Part shown: positions 51,650-63,521 of the stretch, in pieces | Layout: each line of letters begins with the position of its first letter | Numbering within the stretch: position 1 is the stretch's first letter | Assembly: GCA_030704615.1 (NCBI GenBank) | Contig: CM060731.1 | Location: 7,502,001-7,566,000 of the forward strand | Source: Takakia lepidozioides | Taxonomy: Eukaryota > Plantae > Bryophyta | Reading direction: 5' to 3' | Length of the DNA: 64,000 nucleotides | The notes under the pieces: generated by a model | The model's input: the letters and a program-made list of their open reading frames with translations, nothing else | Database searches by the model: none | What the model was told of the DNA's origin: nothing | Made by a program: the position numbers and the translations under genes

Positions 51650-53010
51650 CGGAGGAGAGAGACGACGTATACGGCGGTTCCTGAGGGCTTACAGGAATTG
51701 CTTTGCCTTCAGTTTGAAGGACTTGGGAGCACTGAAGGGTCAAGAGATCCGTATTGAGTTGGCCACTGACACGCCAATCTTTCGGAGACCCTATAGATAC
51801 AGTGACATGGAGAGGTCTTTGATTCAGATGAGGACTCAAGATCTCTGGGAGGCAGGTTTGGTGGAGCTCTCTGGTGGAGAGTATGCTTCAGCCAAGTGAT
51901 GCCAGCCAAGAAGGATGTCTATGGCAATTGGACGGAGAGACGTATGTGCGGTGATTACCGCCTGTAAATCATCAGACCAAGTCGATAGGTATGCCATGCC
52001 CACACCAGAGGAGATCTTTGATGCCATTGGGCATGCCAAGGTCTTTAGCACTTTGGATTTATGATCCGGATATCACCAGTTGCCGATCAAAGAGGCGGAT
52101 AAGCAAAAGACGGCATTATGGGGGATCAATGAGCACGGGAAGGATTGCCTATACCAGTGGCGGTTCTTACCATTTGGGCTTAAAAACGCTCCCGCTGAGT
52201 TTCAAAGAGTCATGGACAGGATTCTAGCAGGGGTGGAGTTTGCTCGGTGCTATATAGATGACATCATCATCTTTAGTGCTACGGTGGAGGAGCATGAGAG
52301 ACACCTTCAGGGGGTATTTGAGCGCTTGAGGACGCACGGATTGAAGTTACATCCAGGCAAGTGCAAGTTTTTCCACAACCAGATTGAGTATCTGGGTCAC
52401 ATGATATATCCTGGAGGATTGGGGGGTACAGCAGACTAAGGTAGAGTCCATTGCACAGGTTCCACGCCCCACGGATGTGAGCCGAGTTCGAGCTTTCATG
52501 GGGTTAGCAAACTATTACAAACGGTTTGTTAAGGGATTTAGTGCCATTGCAAAGGCTCTAACCAAGCTGACCAAGGTGGACCAGGAGTGGCAGTGGGAAG
52601 ATGAGCAAGAACAAGCTTTTCAAGAGCTCAAGGCGAGGTTGACCTCGGCGCCCATCTTGAGACGACCTATCAGGGGCGTCCTTTTCAGCTGCATACAGAT
52701 TGGAGCATGCTGGGGCTTGGAGCGGTGCTCACACAGGTGGATGATGAGGAAGAGAGTTCGTAGTGGCTTATGCTAGCCGCTCGAACAATGCTGCAGAGTC
52801 TAAGTATAGCTCATATGAGGGAGAATGCTTAGCTGCAGTGTGGGCCGTGACACACTTCAGGTGCTATCTATACGGCAATCTCTTCACCCTTGTCACGGAT
52901 CACCAACCACTCAAGTGGTTGATGGAGTCAGACAAGCTTACGGGGAAGCTTGCACGGTGGGCACTCATCCTTCAAGAGTATGACTTTCAGGTGGTGCATC
53001 GACCCGGTTT
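51650..53010 (+). pseudogene. Reverse transcriptase and RNase H
   Basis: RMCGDYR, FSTLDL.SGYHQ, LPFGLKNAPAEFQ, CYIDDII, YASRS...YSSYEGECLA, LVTDHQPLKWL. Confidence 0.95.
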
Positions 53011-53330
53011 GGTCAATCGCACATGCAGATGGGGCAATTCCATGCACGAGCCAGCAGATGACACTGGAGCTCGGTGGCATGGTGAGACGGACGAGGAGAT
53101 GGTGCCCGATGGCATGCATCTGCATTTCTGTGTATCTTGGCAGCGGAAGGCCGGTTGGACCTGCAACAGGGATGACTGTAGATCAAGTGTCTGAGACCCT
53201 GAGGCCAGCAATGAGCAAGTGGCGCCAAAGATATACATGAGGATTCAGTTGTGTTGGACTACCTCCGCACTGGAGACACTGCAGCCACTGTGACTGCCAA
53301 TGAGAGAGATCGGATCCTACACGAGCCAAG

Positions 53331-54669
53331 ATGCTCAAGTGGGAGGGGACACACCTGCTCCGAGTGTGGGAGGATGGTCGAGTGAGGATTGTGCCTCACC
53401 CAACACAGCGGGCACGGTTAGTGCGGCATGCCCATGAGGAGTTGGGGCATTTTGGGGTGCGACGCACTCATAGTCTATTGCAGGGGCAGTATTGGTGGCG
53501 TGGTATGCACATAGAGGCGCAACAATTTGTGGCTAGGTGCATGGTGTGTGACAGGGTGTGTGCTTCATTCAACGCCCCTACTCCACATTTGCACCTCTTC
53601 CGATCATGGGATTGGCTACAGGTGGAGTCTTGACTTCGCAGGGCCGTTGCCATTGACATGCGCCACAACAAGTACGTGTTGGTGATGGTGGAGCACTTCT
53701 CCAGTGGATTGAATTGGTTCCATTGCCTGATAAGGCTAGTGAGGAGCTGCATATGCATTCTTGGATTGTGTGCTTAGCCGATTCGGTGCTCCAGCTGAGG
53801 TACTCACGGACCAAGGGAGAGAGTTCTTGGGGGAGTTTCAAGTTTTGTGTGACAAGGCCTTGATAGACCACCGCACCACTTCTCGAGATCATCCTGAGGC
53901 CGATGGCTTGGCAGAGAGAGTTGTTCAGATAGTAAAGAGGGGTTTGCGCAAGTATGGCTTGCAGAAGGGACACCTAGGAGATTGGGACCTTCAGTTACCC
54001 TGGTTAGCCATGGGCTACAGGTTCAGCAAGCAAGCATTACTTGCTTCCTTCTCACCATACTTTCTTCTCTTTGGCCGAGAGCCGGATTTGCCTACATCTA
54101 TTCGCAGAGAAGCTGCTACAGTTCTTAACCTTGACGATCCGGACGTGTGGGCACGTGCATGTGAGCAGCGTGCAGAGTTGTTCAAGAGAGTCATGCCCAT
54201 GGCTTTCGAGAACCTTGTCATTGCCCAACACCGTGATACGTTGAGGTATGCTACCATACGTGGTGGGGGCTATCATCTTGGGGTTTGGAGATTCAACCCT
54301 GGTGACTATGTCTATCTGCAGCAGACTGCTCCTACGACCCTGGATGTGACTGCAGGACGTGTTATTTTGAGGGTTCGAGAGGTCTTGCCCTCAGGCGTCT
54401 TGGTCTTGGAGGGTCGGGATGGCATAACTTGGAAGGACCATGTGCGTAATTGTGCGCCATGTCACCTTCCGAATGTCGATGGCAGGATTGACCCAAACCT
54501 GGCAGTGGTATCTGCAGATTTGAGGTGCATGTTGTGTGGGTTTGCTAGAGGGGGAGCCACCATGCTGGTGTGTGATCGATGCTCTCGAGGTTGGCATATG
54601 GGATGCTTGACACCACCTTTTGAGATGGTTCCGGATGGGGATTGGTTATGTCCACATTGCATTGGATAG
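53331..54669 (+). pseudogene. DDE integrase with C-terminal PHD finger
   Basis: HEELGHFG...CMVC; VLTDQGREF; HPEADGLAER. C4HC3 PHD at 54526-54660 (CMLC...VCDRC...WHMGCL.PP...PDGDWLCPHC). Confidence 0.95.
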
Positions 54670-54905
54670 TGAAAGTGGATACACCATGGAAGGCTAACAA
54701 GAAACGCAAGGCCCAGCTACTAGGAGACCTTGAACACACGAGATCCTGGCTCAAGTTCACAGATTGCAACGATGGGGCTACACTTGTACCCGGCCTCTTG
54801 GTCGATAGAGTTTGAGCACAATAGGGACAGTGATAGAGGACTTAGTACGGCTGTGGCTATTACATCTTGTAGCTATATGGAGGTAGAGGGACCTATCCAC
54901 CAGCT

Positions 54906-54915
54906 AGGGGGGCGA
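54906..54915 (+). promoter_or_regulatory. Polypurine tract
   Basis: AGGGGGGCGA one base before TGTGGTAGAC (54917). Confidence 0.7.
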
Positions 54916-54916
54916 T

Positions 54917-55446
54917 TGTGGTAGACTACTTTATTGTGCATATATGTGTGGTGTGGTTTGGACAGCGATGTAGTTGTGTTGCGATACGTATGCGCACGAT
55001 AGCTGTCAAGTTAAATAAGCACAGTGTGAAACTAGCTAGAATAAAGCTAGTTATTTGTATTTAACACTTGGATTTAGGTCAAGTGTTAAATCAGGTGTCA
55101 AGTTTAGGTTGACACCTGACCCGTCTTATCTTCACGAGAGCGGCAGTCGCGCAGCTCATCTCTCTCGAGTTGAGCCTGCGCGACCGAGCTCCTGCATCGT
55201 TTAGGACTGAGAGAGAGTGCTTATGATGGGAGTGTAGGTTTGTGGGGTGGAGTCCCCATAGCTTGGGGTGCCCCTGGCTCGACTTCTGTTTTTAAGAGTG
55301 ATAGCGATCGATTCATGTTGTTTCTTGTGTGGAAAGTGTGTGTCTTTAGCTTGTTTATCATTGTGGTAGACTATTTTATTGTGCATATATGTGTGGTGTG
55401 GTTTGGACAGCGATGTAGTTGTGTTGCGATACGTATGCGCACGACA
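54917..55446 (+). repeat. 3' terminal repeats B1 (54917-55001) - GC - A2 (55004-55360) - T - B2 (55362-55446)
   Basis: B1 and B2 are 85-bp direct repeats with two mismatches; A2 matches 7496-7850. Confidence 0.92.
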
Positions 55447-56700
55447 GGTAAGTCGGATCGCTGGCGTATGGATATTCGGCGCCGAATTTCCATTCGCCAG
55501 GTATTTCGAAGCGCTGAATTACCTTCCTGCAGGTAATTCTGAGCGTGTCCGATTGATTTTTCGGAGAAAAACAAACCTAACTGTTTGTTTTGTGCTGAAG
55601 TGCACTTGTAGACACGTTTTTCTTGGAATCCTTGACTGCTAGAGGCAAATCGGAACAGCCTCGGACGGAAATTCGGCGCCGTTTTTCCATTCTGGGAGGT
55701 TTTTACGACTTCCTTTGAGGGGGCCCCGATGGAAATTCGGCGCCGAATTTCCATCCGGGGGATGGTCTCTGTCGGAGAGGTGCCGGCCTCCGCCGCTCTG
55801 TTGGATATTCGGTGCCGAATTTCCGTCCGGGGTTGAAATATGACGGCCAGGTGCCGGCCTCCTCCCCCCTCCCTGACTGCATTGGAACGGCCCTGGATAG
55901 AAATTCGGCGCCGTTTTCCATCTGAGGAGGTTTTTTATGTCGGCCAGTTTTCGGCCTGACCCCCCGACGACTTCCTTTGGGGGGGCCCGGATGGAAATTC
56001 GGCGCCGAATCTCCATATAGGGGATGCTCTCTGTCGAACACGTGCCGGCCTCTACGCCCGAGGCGACTTCATCCGGGCGTCCCCTGTTGGATATTCGGTG
56101 CCAAATTTCCGTCCGGGGGTGAAATGTGACGGCCAGGTGCCGGCCTCTCCCCCCTCCCCGACTGCATCCGAACCGCCCCGGATGGAAATTCGGCGCCGTT
56201 TTTCCATCTGGGGATGTTTTTATGCCGGCCAGTTTTCGGCCTGACCCCCCGACACGACTTCCTTTGGGGGGGCCCGGATGGAAATTCGGCGCCGAATGTC
56301 CATCCAGGGGATGTTCTCTGTCGCACACGCGCGCCGGCCTCTGCGCCCGAGGCGACTTCATCCGGGCTTCCCCTGTTGTATATTCGGTGCCGAATTTCCG
56401 TCCGGGGGTTGTAATGTGAGGGCCAGATGGCGGCCTTTCCCCCGAGCCGACTGCATCCGAAAGGCCTCGGATGGAAATTCGGCGCCGTTTTTCCATCCGC
56501 GGAGGTTTTTAGGTCGGCCAGTTTTCGGCCTGACCCCCCGACAGGACTTCCTTTGGGTGGATCCGAATGGAAATTCGGCGCTGAATTTCCATCCGGGGGA
56601 TGTTTTCTGTCGGACAGGTGCCGGCATCTCTGCCCCAGACGACTTCATCCGTGCGGCCCCTATTGGGTATTGGGTGCCGAATTTCCATTCGGGTGTAGTA
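55447..56700. repeat. GGAAATTCGGCGCCGAATTTCC palindrome array with about 230-290-bp higher-order units
   Basis: GAAATTCGGCGCCGTTTT at about 55669, 55900, 56185, 56475, each unit holding three palindrome variants. Its start continues the unit broken at 7851. Confidence 0.92.
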
Positions 56701-56990
56701 ATGTGATGGCACGGTGCCGGCTTCTCCCTTTAGCCGACATCATCCGGACGGCCCCCCACTTTCTTACTGCATACCGTTGGCAGTTATTGCGCAAAGACCA
56801 GGGGCCGCATTCCGGAGACAAGGTTCATTAACACTCTGACTCTGGATTTTTGAGATAGTTGGCTCCTTGGATTTGGATCAGGCTTCGTCGCTCGGACAAA
56901 TCGGCACGCATTCCTTCCCATCGCTGCATCCCCCTTCTACCAGGGAGCTTCCCCGCACGCCATCCTGGCAGTCTTGTGTGCACATCTCCC

Positions 56991-59245
56991 ATGGCGGAAA
57001 ACCCGGCGCTACAGTGTACTGCCCTCCTCACGAGCATAGAGCTTCATTTCCATGCAGAGGGACATCTGCCGGTGATGGAGAAATATCTGTGCGTTCGATA
57101 CCACCTGAAACCGGGGTCGGTTTTTTTGGAGGAGGAAAGGAAGGACTCAAACAGCCTTGTTGTTGAGAGTATTGTTGTGCTCCACGATGATTTCGGCGGG
57201 GGAATGGCGAGTTCCACCATCGGACAGCGTCATATACAGGGCTGTCGGGGACTTCATTTGCCCGCCAAATGCACCTTCTATCCTGGCGCCTTCCACGAAA
57301 CAATCCACGAATCAGAGAGTGGCTACCTCAAAGAGAGAAGTCCGCAACGAAGTAAATCCAGAGCCGAACCCATCCATGAAGACGAGCGAGAACCGGGTTG
57401 TTCACAACCTGTCCGACTCAGACGAGGTCATGGAAGTTCCGAGGTCGTCCTGGAGATCAGGCAAGTCCTCAATGGACGTCAGTGGAGGAGGGAGTCATAT
57501 TCCCAGCACGAGCACCGCAATTCGATCTATTCTTGAAATTCTGCGAGGGCTTCACCTGGAGGGACACCGGTCGGAGCTGGCCGGGCTGGACTACAGCAAG
57601 TTTGCAATTAAATCGGTTACATGCCTTCCGCCGACGTCGACGGTAATATCTTCTTTGAGTTCCCTCCTCGGGCGGACTACTCGAGGGCGTCCGGAATGTT
57701 GACAGATATGGATAGAAAACATGACGGTCATCTTTGGTGCGTTACCAAAACCACCAGCATGAAGATGCTCGATGGTGTGCGGGTGCGCTACGTTGTTTGT
57801 GCGGGCGCGTTGCGGTGTTTCTCCCCAACTTGCTTCACTTTAAATCCAGAGGTCAAGGAACGAGACCGATTGGACGGGCACAGGTCATCAACCATTTCGA
57901 GCTCAGGAGAAGGTTCCGAACTCCACATTTAAGTGTGCGCATTGCAAAGAACCACCACACTGCATGTCTGTTTGTAATGCCAAGCAGTTCTATGTGTTGC
58001 ACCGTTTCCCTGACCTCACCCGAGCTTGAATACACGTTGGTTCCCATTGTCACAAATTGGCGAGGGGGAACTCGCGGGAGGCTGCCCACGAAGCAGAGCA
58101 GCTCGTTCAGGAGGAGATTAAGTTGAGACCGGGTGCCAAACCCAAACAGATGCAGCTCCAAGCCGCCCATAAGATGGCATTGGCCAGAATTATGTCGGAA
58201 GACGGCTCCGATAGAGTTCCTCTCGACGAGAAGGAAATGGAGGCATTGCTGGAGTCGGTGTCCCACGTATGTTCACCGAATGTCCGAAACCACATTGTCT
58301 CATGCAAACAGAAAATTGGGCATGGCTCGGATATGCACTCCATTCTGGAGGTGAAGCGACGATGTGGATATGACTACATTCATGGAAGTAGGTTTCCAGG
58401 ACAAGGGGACTGAGGCAGATCGTTGTTTCGTATTCAAAATGTCCACGTGTGGACCTGGCAGCGGCGTCGAACTGGTCGACAAGATGACGAGTGGGGACTT
58501 ATCAAACAGTTGGGTCATGTTCGACCATATCAAGCGAATTACAAATCACCAGTGGGTGACAATGGGTGCACATGTCTACGTCACTCACTAATGACAATTG
58601 TTATTTGTGAGATGAAAGGAGAGGACACACAATCGGAGATACTTCTTTGGCAGGGAATAAACGAACAGATGGCCAAGGCGGGATTGCCCCTCCCAATTTC
58701 CGTGGTTTTCATGGCAGACAACGCACAAGCAAATTGGGCTGCCATCCGAAGGGTGTACGGGCAAGACCCCAATGTTCCCATGGAAGGCAAGGAGAGATCT
58801 TGTGGATTCCATTTTCTGCAGAGCCTTTCGCAGTACACAACCAGGCTCGTGGCGCCAGATTTCAGAGAGGAGCACCGTTCCATGTGCCTTGCGTGGAAGC
58901 GCGCTCCCACCTTGGATGATGCAGAGACACAATTTGCATGTATACGGGCTTGGTGGACATCGTCAGGTGCTGTAAGGAAATCAGACGAGGGAGCAATGGT
59001 CAGTTGGCTAGCATGGTGGCATTATCGTTTCCTCCAGTTCGGCGACTATATGCGGGAGGTGAGTTGCACAAATTTGCGTCCCGTTGAATATTATTCTTGG
59101 CCATATTTGTAACTTGCTTGTAACCTCAACATGTGCTTGTGCAGGAAATGTGTCTCGACTCCGACACCGACATGGCCACGACAAACATGGCCGAAAACTG
59201 GCTCCGACACCGACATGCCCACGACAAACATGGCCGAAAACTGGC
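56991..59245 (+). pseudogene. Second GCM-MULE transposase, truncated before the SWIM region
   Basis: Paralog of 39893-43497 (DRKHDGHLWCVTKT, FKMSTCGPGSGV, WVMFDH, FMADNAQAN, SCGFHF, TTNMAE) with the same intron position (59059-59144). Frameshifts. Confidence 0.88.
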
Positions 59246-59649
59246 TAAGTCCCAACATGCACTGGTACAGTGTCTGGAAAAATGGCGCCGAATTTCCCTA
59301 TTTTGCGCCGAAAGCTGGCTAAGTCCGAACATGCACTGGAAAAATGGCGCCGAATTACCTGTCATGAGGGGACCTATAGCCGCGGAATTCGGCACCATTT
59401 TTCGCCAGAGAGACCTATTACCGCGAAATACGTCGCCGTTTTTTCAGGTTACGGACCTTATTACCGCGAAATTCGGCGCCATATTTGCACATGTCGCTGG
59501 GAATTGGCATGAGCGGAAGACGAAATATCATGAGCACAACTGTCAAAACTACAATTTTCCCTTCAAGGGGCTAATATATTTGTTTTTCCTGACACATTGC
59601 ATTAAATTAATGTTTTTTATGTTTTTTATTTTTGAAATTTGTACTTCTG

Positions 59650-59722
59650 CTCATGAAAACCGATTGTCTTACTACTCCGCTCATGCCGCTCATGCCGCTC
59701 ATGCTCATGAAATAGCTAACCT
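59650..59722. mobile_element. Terminal inverted repeat of Mutator-like element 2 (other end)
   Basis: CCGCTCATG repeats followed by AAATAGCTAACCT, then CCCTCGGGG (59723-59731), the reverse complement of 10187-10195. Confidence 0.8.
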
Positions 59723-60285
59723 CCCTCGGGGCCCCGTTCTTGCGATAGTTACATCGAAATCGTATACATAGCTACTGACAGCATCTGCAAGCCCACACTT
59801 TTATGCCCCACTTCACTGGCTTCTTAGGCATATATTGTCGTATGGCCCAGTATTTTCTCTTGTATCTTATCATGATCTCATCGACAGTCAGTAGTTTGTG
59901 CAAGTTCTAATGACGTTTGTAGGCACTGGCAATTTCTGCACAAGCCCACCTGACTTTGCCAATCTTGTTGAATGCAACACTGCCCGATCGTTACCCAACG
60001 TCGAGTTATCCACCAAATGCAAGCAACGCAAAATTGCTTCATAACGATCTCTTGTCATAACCTTTCTAATCACAAGGCATGCAAAAAATACCTCACTCTA
60101 CTGCCCATAGCAGCAGCTGTTCGACAGCCTCTTTATCCACGTGAACAAACACACGCCGAACCAGGCTTCCAACTCTGGCACAACCAATGGCCTCCACATT
60201 GGCCCACCTCGAGTTCCGCATATTACGTCTGTCTTCGCAGCGTTATAAGGTTCGATGATAATGAAAGCTCAAGCAAATGATGGGG
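59723..60285 (-). pseudogene. piggyBac transposase, 5' part
   Basis: WRPLVVPELEAWFG, VMTRDRYEAILRCLHLVDN, VDEIMIRYK...QYMPKKPVKWGIKVW. Confidence 0.88.
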
Positions 60286-60739
60286 TTAAGCGTACCAAGT
60301 TTTTTAGTTAAGCATTACCATACATTGTATACAGTTCTTTCCCGATATTTCGCCAAATCACTCGGAAATGTCGTTGTCCGAGTTCTTTTAGGCAAGGACT
60401 ACGCTTACCCGACGAGTTTAAGGCAAGCGTGTGAGGTGGTGGGCCCCGATGGCCTGAGCTCATGGAGACTACCTGTCAAATGTCTTCCCCCATTGTGAAG
60501 GTGGGGAGCGCTCCACACCTCCTGCTCCCTCCTCACGCTCCCCACCTTTAGGACCATGTTCCCCAACATTCTCCAATTTTGCTCCCCTGTTCCCGGTCGA
60601 AGATCCTTGGTCCCCATAGTGGGAGAGGGGAGCGGGCGAGCCGCATTCCACAGGGCGAGTAGGGGAGCGGGGTCGGGAACCGGGAGCGAGGAGGGGAACG
60701 AGATCAGGAACAGGGGAGCTATCAGTCAACTTGACTATA

Positions 60740-60802
60740 CTGCCACGAATTGAACCTCAAACCTTGTCTTTGCAACACACGTCACCTAGCCACCACACTA
60801 CC
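60740..60802 (-). other. Possible tRNA-derived (SINE-head-like) sequence
   Basis: A-box-like TGGCTAGGTG and B-box-like GGTTCAATTC at tRNA-like spacing; no convincing cloverleaf. Confidence 0.3.
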
Positions 60803-62750
60803 ATCCGCTTCTTGCACTAAACCCGATTTCCTAATGCTTTAATCTACAAGGCTCGCAGGTGAAAGGGGAGCAAGGGGGGTGGGGATTTGACAATGCGCCC
60901 CACCGGTACGGCCATCCCCGGCGACCGTACGGGTAAGGCTCCCACGCTTGCATTCAACTCGTTGGGTGAGCGTAGTCGGCTCCGTTCTTTTATGCAATAT
61001 CGAAGCATCTTTTTCTAAGTATGCAAGCGATACTATTTTAAATTTTTGCACATGATAAGTATGCGGAATTGATGAATGACTTGATACACTTGGTCACCTG
61101 AATGACACTCGTGGCATAGAGACTATCACCATTTGAAAATGTAAATGCAACATTGTGCTGCCAATGGGGTAGAATTTGTTTGGGTTCAAATCCCACTCAC
61201 ACAAGAGTGTAGGCACGTTTGTGTGGGGCTGTTGGGTTGGCACACAGGTTGAGGTGGGTTGCATCTGCCTGTGAGGAACTGAGCGAGTTGGCAGAATCTG
61301 AATTATGGTGATCTTGGGGCATTGCCATGTGGGGCTCCCAATCTGAAACATACAAAGCAACTGCCCTCAGGTACTAAGTAGGTTGGCAGAATCTGAATTA
61401 TACCCTGAAATGGTGAGCCTAGGACCTTGTCAAGGGCTGCCACTGTGAAACAGACAAAGACATAGCCTTTGAGCTTGCAGGACGTTATATGTACCCATAC
61501 GAGCTCTGTCCGCTGGCTGCCTAACGTGCGTGCCTTCTCTGTTGTCAGAGGCCATGACCCCATAGAACAACGGGCGAAGTTTGTCGCAGTCGACTGTCGG
61601 TGTGCGCAGTTAACAGCGATGGAGGGCTCGAGCAGGGCATGGATTTGATGTACTACAAAATCGTTGTACTGCACAGAACATAAAAGTAGATGTGATGGGA
61701 GCAGGTGAAGTGACATGCATGGTACATGGCGCATAGGATCCTGGAAGGGCCCGCGAGAGAGAGAAATGTGGCGCAGTGGGCAGCCATCAATTGAGAGAGA
61801 GAGACACGTCCTGCACTCCAGCTATCGAGAGTGAGAGTGAGAGACAGTTAAGAGTCGTAACAAAGGGAGAGGAGCTTGAAGGTAGCGCGCGTGGAGGGAG
61901 TGTTTCTGGATACCCTATTTACCAAGGGTATATCATGCCACATTATTCAGACTCCAACTGATATGGACCAGCTATACGAACATGTATCTACTATCTGCAT
62001 CTTATGTTCTGTCATCATGTCATTCTCAATGCATCAGTGAATGTTTTACAAGGGCTTGCGAATAGAAGGATGGAGAGTACAAGTAATTTCACATCCACGA
62101 GGCATCTTACTGAGTAGAACAACATTATTGAACATCAGGCAAGGCCGTCAGCTAAGAGTGCCTCACAACAAAATAAGAATGTTTGTGTAGTAGAAACACC
62201 TTTGGAAAGCCACATAACCAGGTTGAAACCAATGATGATTTCACATAGCTCTGTGGCATTCCCAACCTGCCCCTATAAAAAGTTCCAACGAGATGCACCA
62301 TGTGTCAACCTTCAACAAAGCTTGTGTTGAATGGGCTCATGTCAGCACACAACAACAATTCAATGTCGACCAAGAAAAGCTTGAGTCATTTATTAGTCTC
62401 TCTCTTGTTTCTGGTTCTCTTGGTACATTTTAATTCAGGCATGTTCTATAAGCAATATTTACAACTTGGTAGCATGAAGCTGTAGAAATGTCCTTCGCGT
62501 AGAAAGGTGCTTGTTGTAGTTGTGATGTTATGGACCTGGACAGAGAGATATGGATGTGTGACTTGGGGAGGAAGGGCTGCAGGTGACCTTTATTCCAGAG
62601 GAGAAACCTCCGCCAGCCTTCCATCACTCATGAGAGCTTGGGGGCATAACATACACGTTGTATTCATATAGCTTCCTAGACTTTTGGCCAGGTTGGCTCT
62701 AAATTAGGGCCTGCCGTTCAAGAAGCGATTTCAATTGATTAGATGTGGAC

Positions 62751-63082
62751 TATCACGGACATAGCCCAGAGGAACTTACCAGGAGTAAATACCAGAAATT
62801 ACCAAGTTACCATGTTACTGGAAGTTACCATGACTTACCGTGATTTATCATGATCTACCATGATTTACCATTAGTTACCAAGTTACCGGGAGTTTACCAA
62901 TTTACCAAGAGTAACTTGGGAAACTGGTGAGGAAGCTTCCTTTGGAGGAAACTTCTTCATCAAGATACCTCATTTGTTTAAGGAAGCTTCTCCATCAAGA
63001 AACATTTGTTTAATCTTGGAAACTTCTCCATCAATAAACCTCTATAGGGGAAGCTTCTTAGGGAACTTCTTAGTAGCCAGTA
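62751..63082 (+). mobile_element. Partial LTR (same family as 14514), interrupted
   Basis: TATCACGGACATAGCCC start, TTACCA repeats and GAAGCTTC repeats as at 14514-14810. Confidence 0.7.
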
Positions 63083-63521
63083 TGTCGCGCACCTCACTTC
63101 GGTAAGCTCCCCCCTCAAGTCATAGTTACTCGCTTTGATGCGCGCGCCTGACTCCCAACCGCCACCGGGCCAACTTGGAGCTTCGGCTGCTCACCGGGAC
63201 ATAACGGTCCCCCTTCGCTCTCCCGAAAGACCCTCCACCTATTTGGGCCTAGTGGAATTCCCTTTGGTAGATGGCAGTCCGGAACAGCTCCCCACTCTTT
63301 GGTCGCTTTCCGGCTCGCTCGCTTACTCACTAGTTTTTGGTCACCAACGGGTTTGCACCGTTCTCGGGGTTACTACTCCCTATATATACTTCTGTAGCTG
63401 TCCGCGGGGGTTTCACAACCAGCCATGCCATTTTATGGCGAACCACCACGAAGACCCTCGATTCCCGGTGGTGAGTCGCGGTGAGTCTTGGCCCGCTCAC
63501 CACGGCCCCTATGGACCGTGA
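63083..63521. mobile_element. Probable LTR of a third family nested in the previous LTR
   Basis: TGTCGCG...CGTGACG imperfect terminal inverted ends and an internal TATATATA. Confidence 0.45.

Larger units (their letters stand above)
44700..55446 (+). mobile_element. Ty3/gypsy retrotransposon with DNMT and PHD domains (degenerate; left boundary approximate)
   Basis: Order gag-PR-DNMT-RT-RH-IN-PHD-PPT-terminal repeats, ending GACA|GGTA. Confidence 0.9.

Noticed and set aside
44700-55446. DIRS/PAT/Ngaro tyrosine-recombinase element
   Set aside because: Despite split repeats and a methyltransferase, it has an aspartic protease, HHCC-DDE integrase, PPT and TSD, and I found no recombinase motifs.
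14514-63082. One giant LTR element bounded by the 14514 and 62751 LTRs
   Set aside because: The copies are clearly diverged, the left one follows a PPT (so it is a 3' LTR), and it lies inside the inferred inversion.
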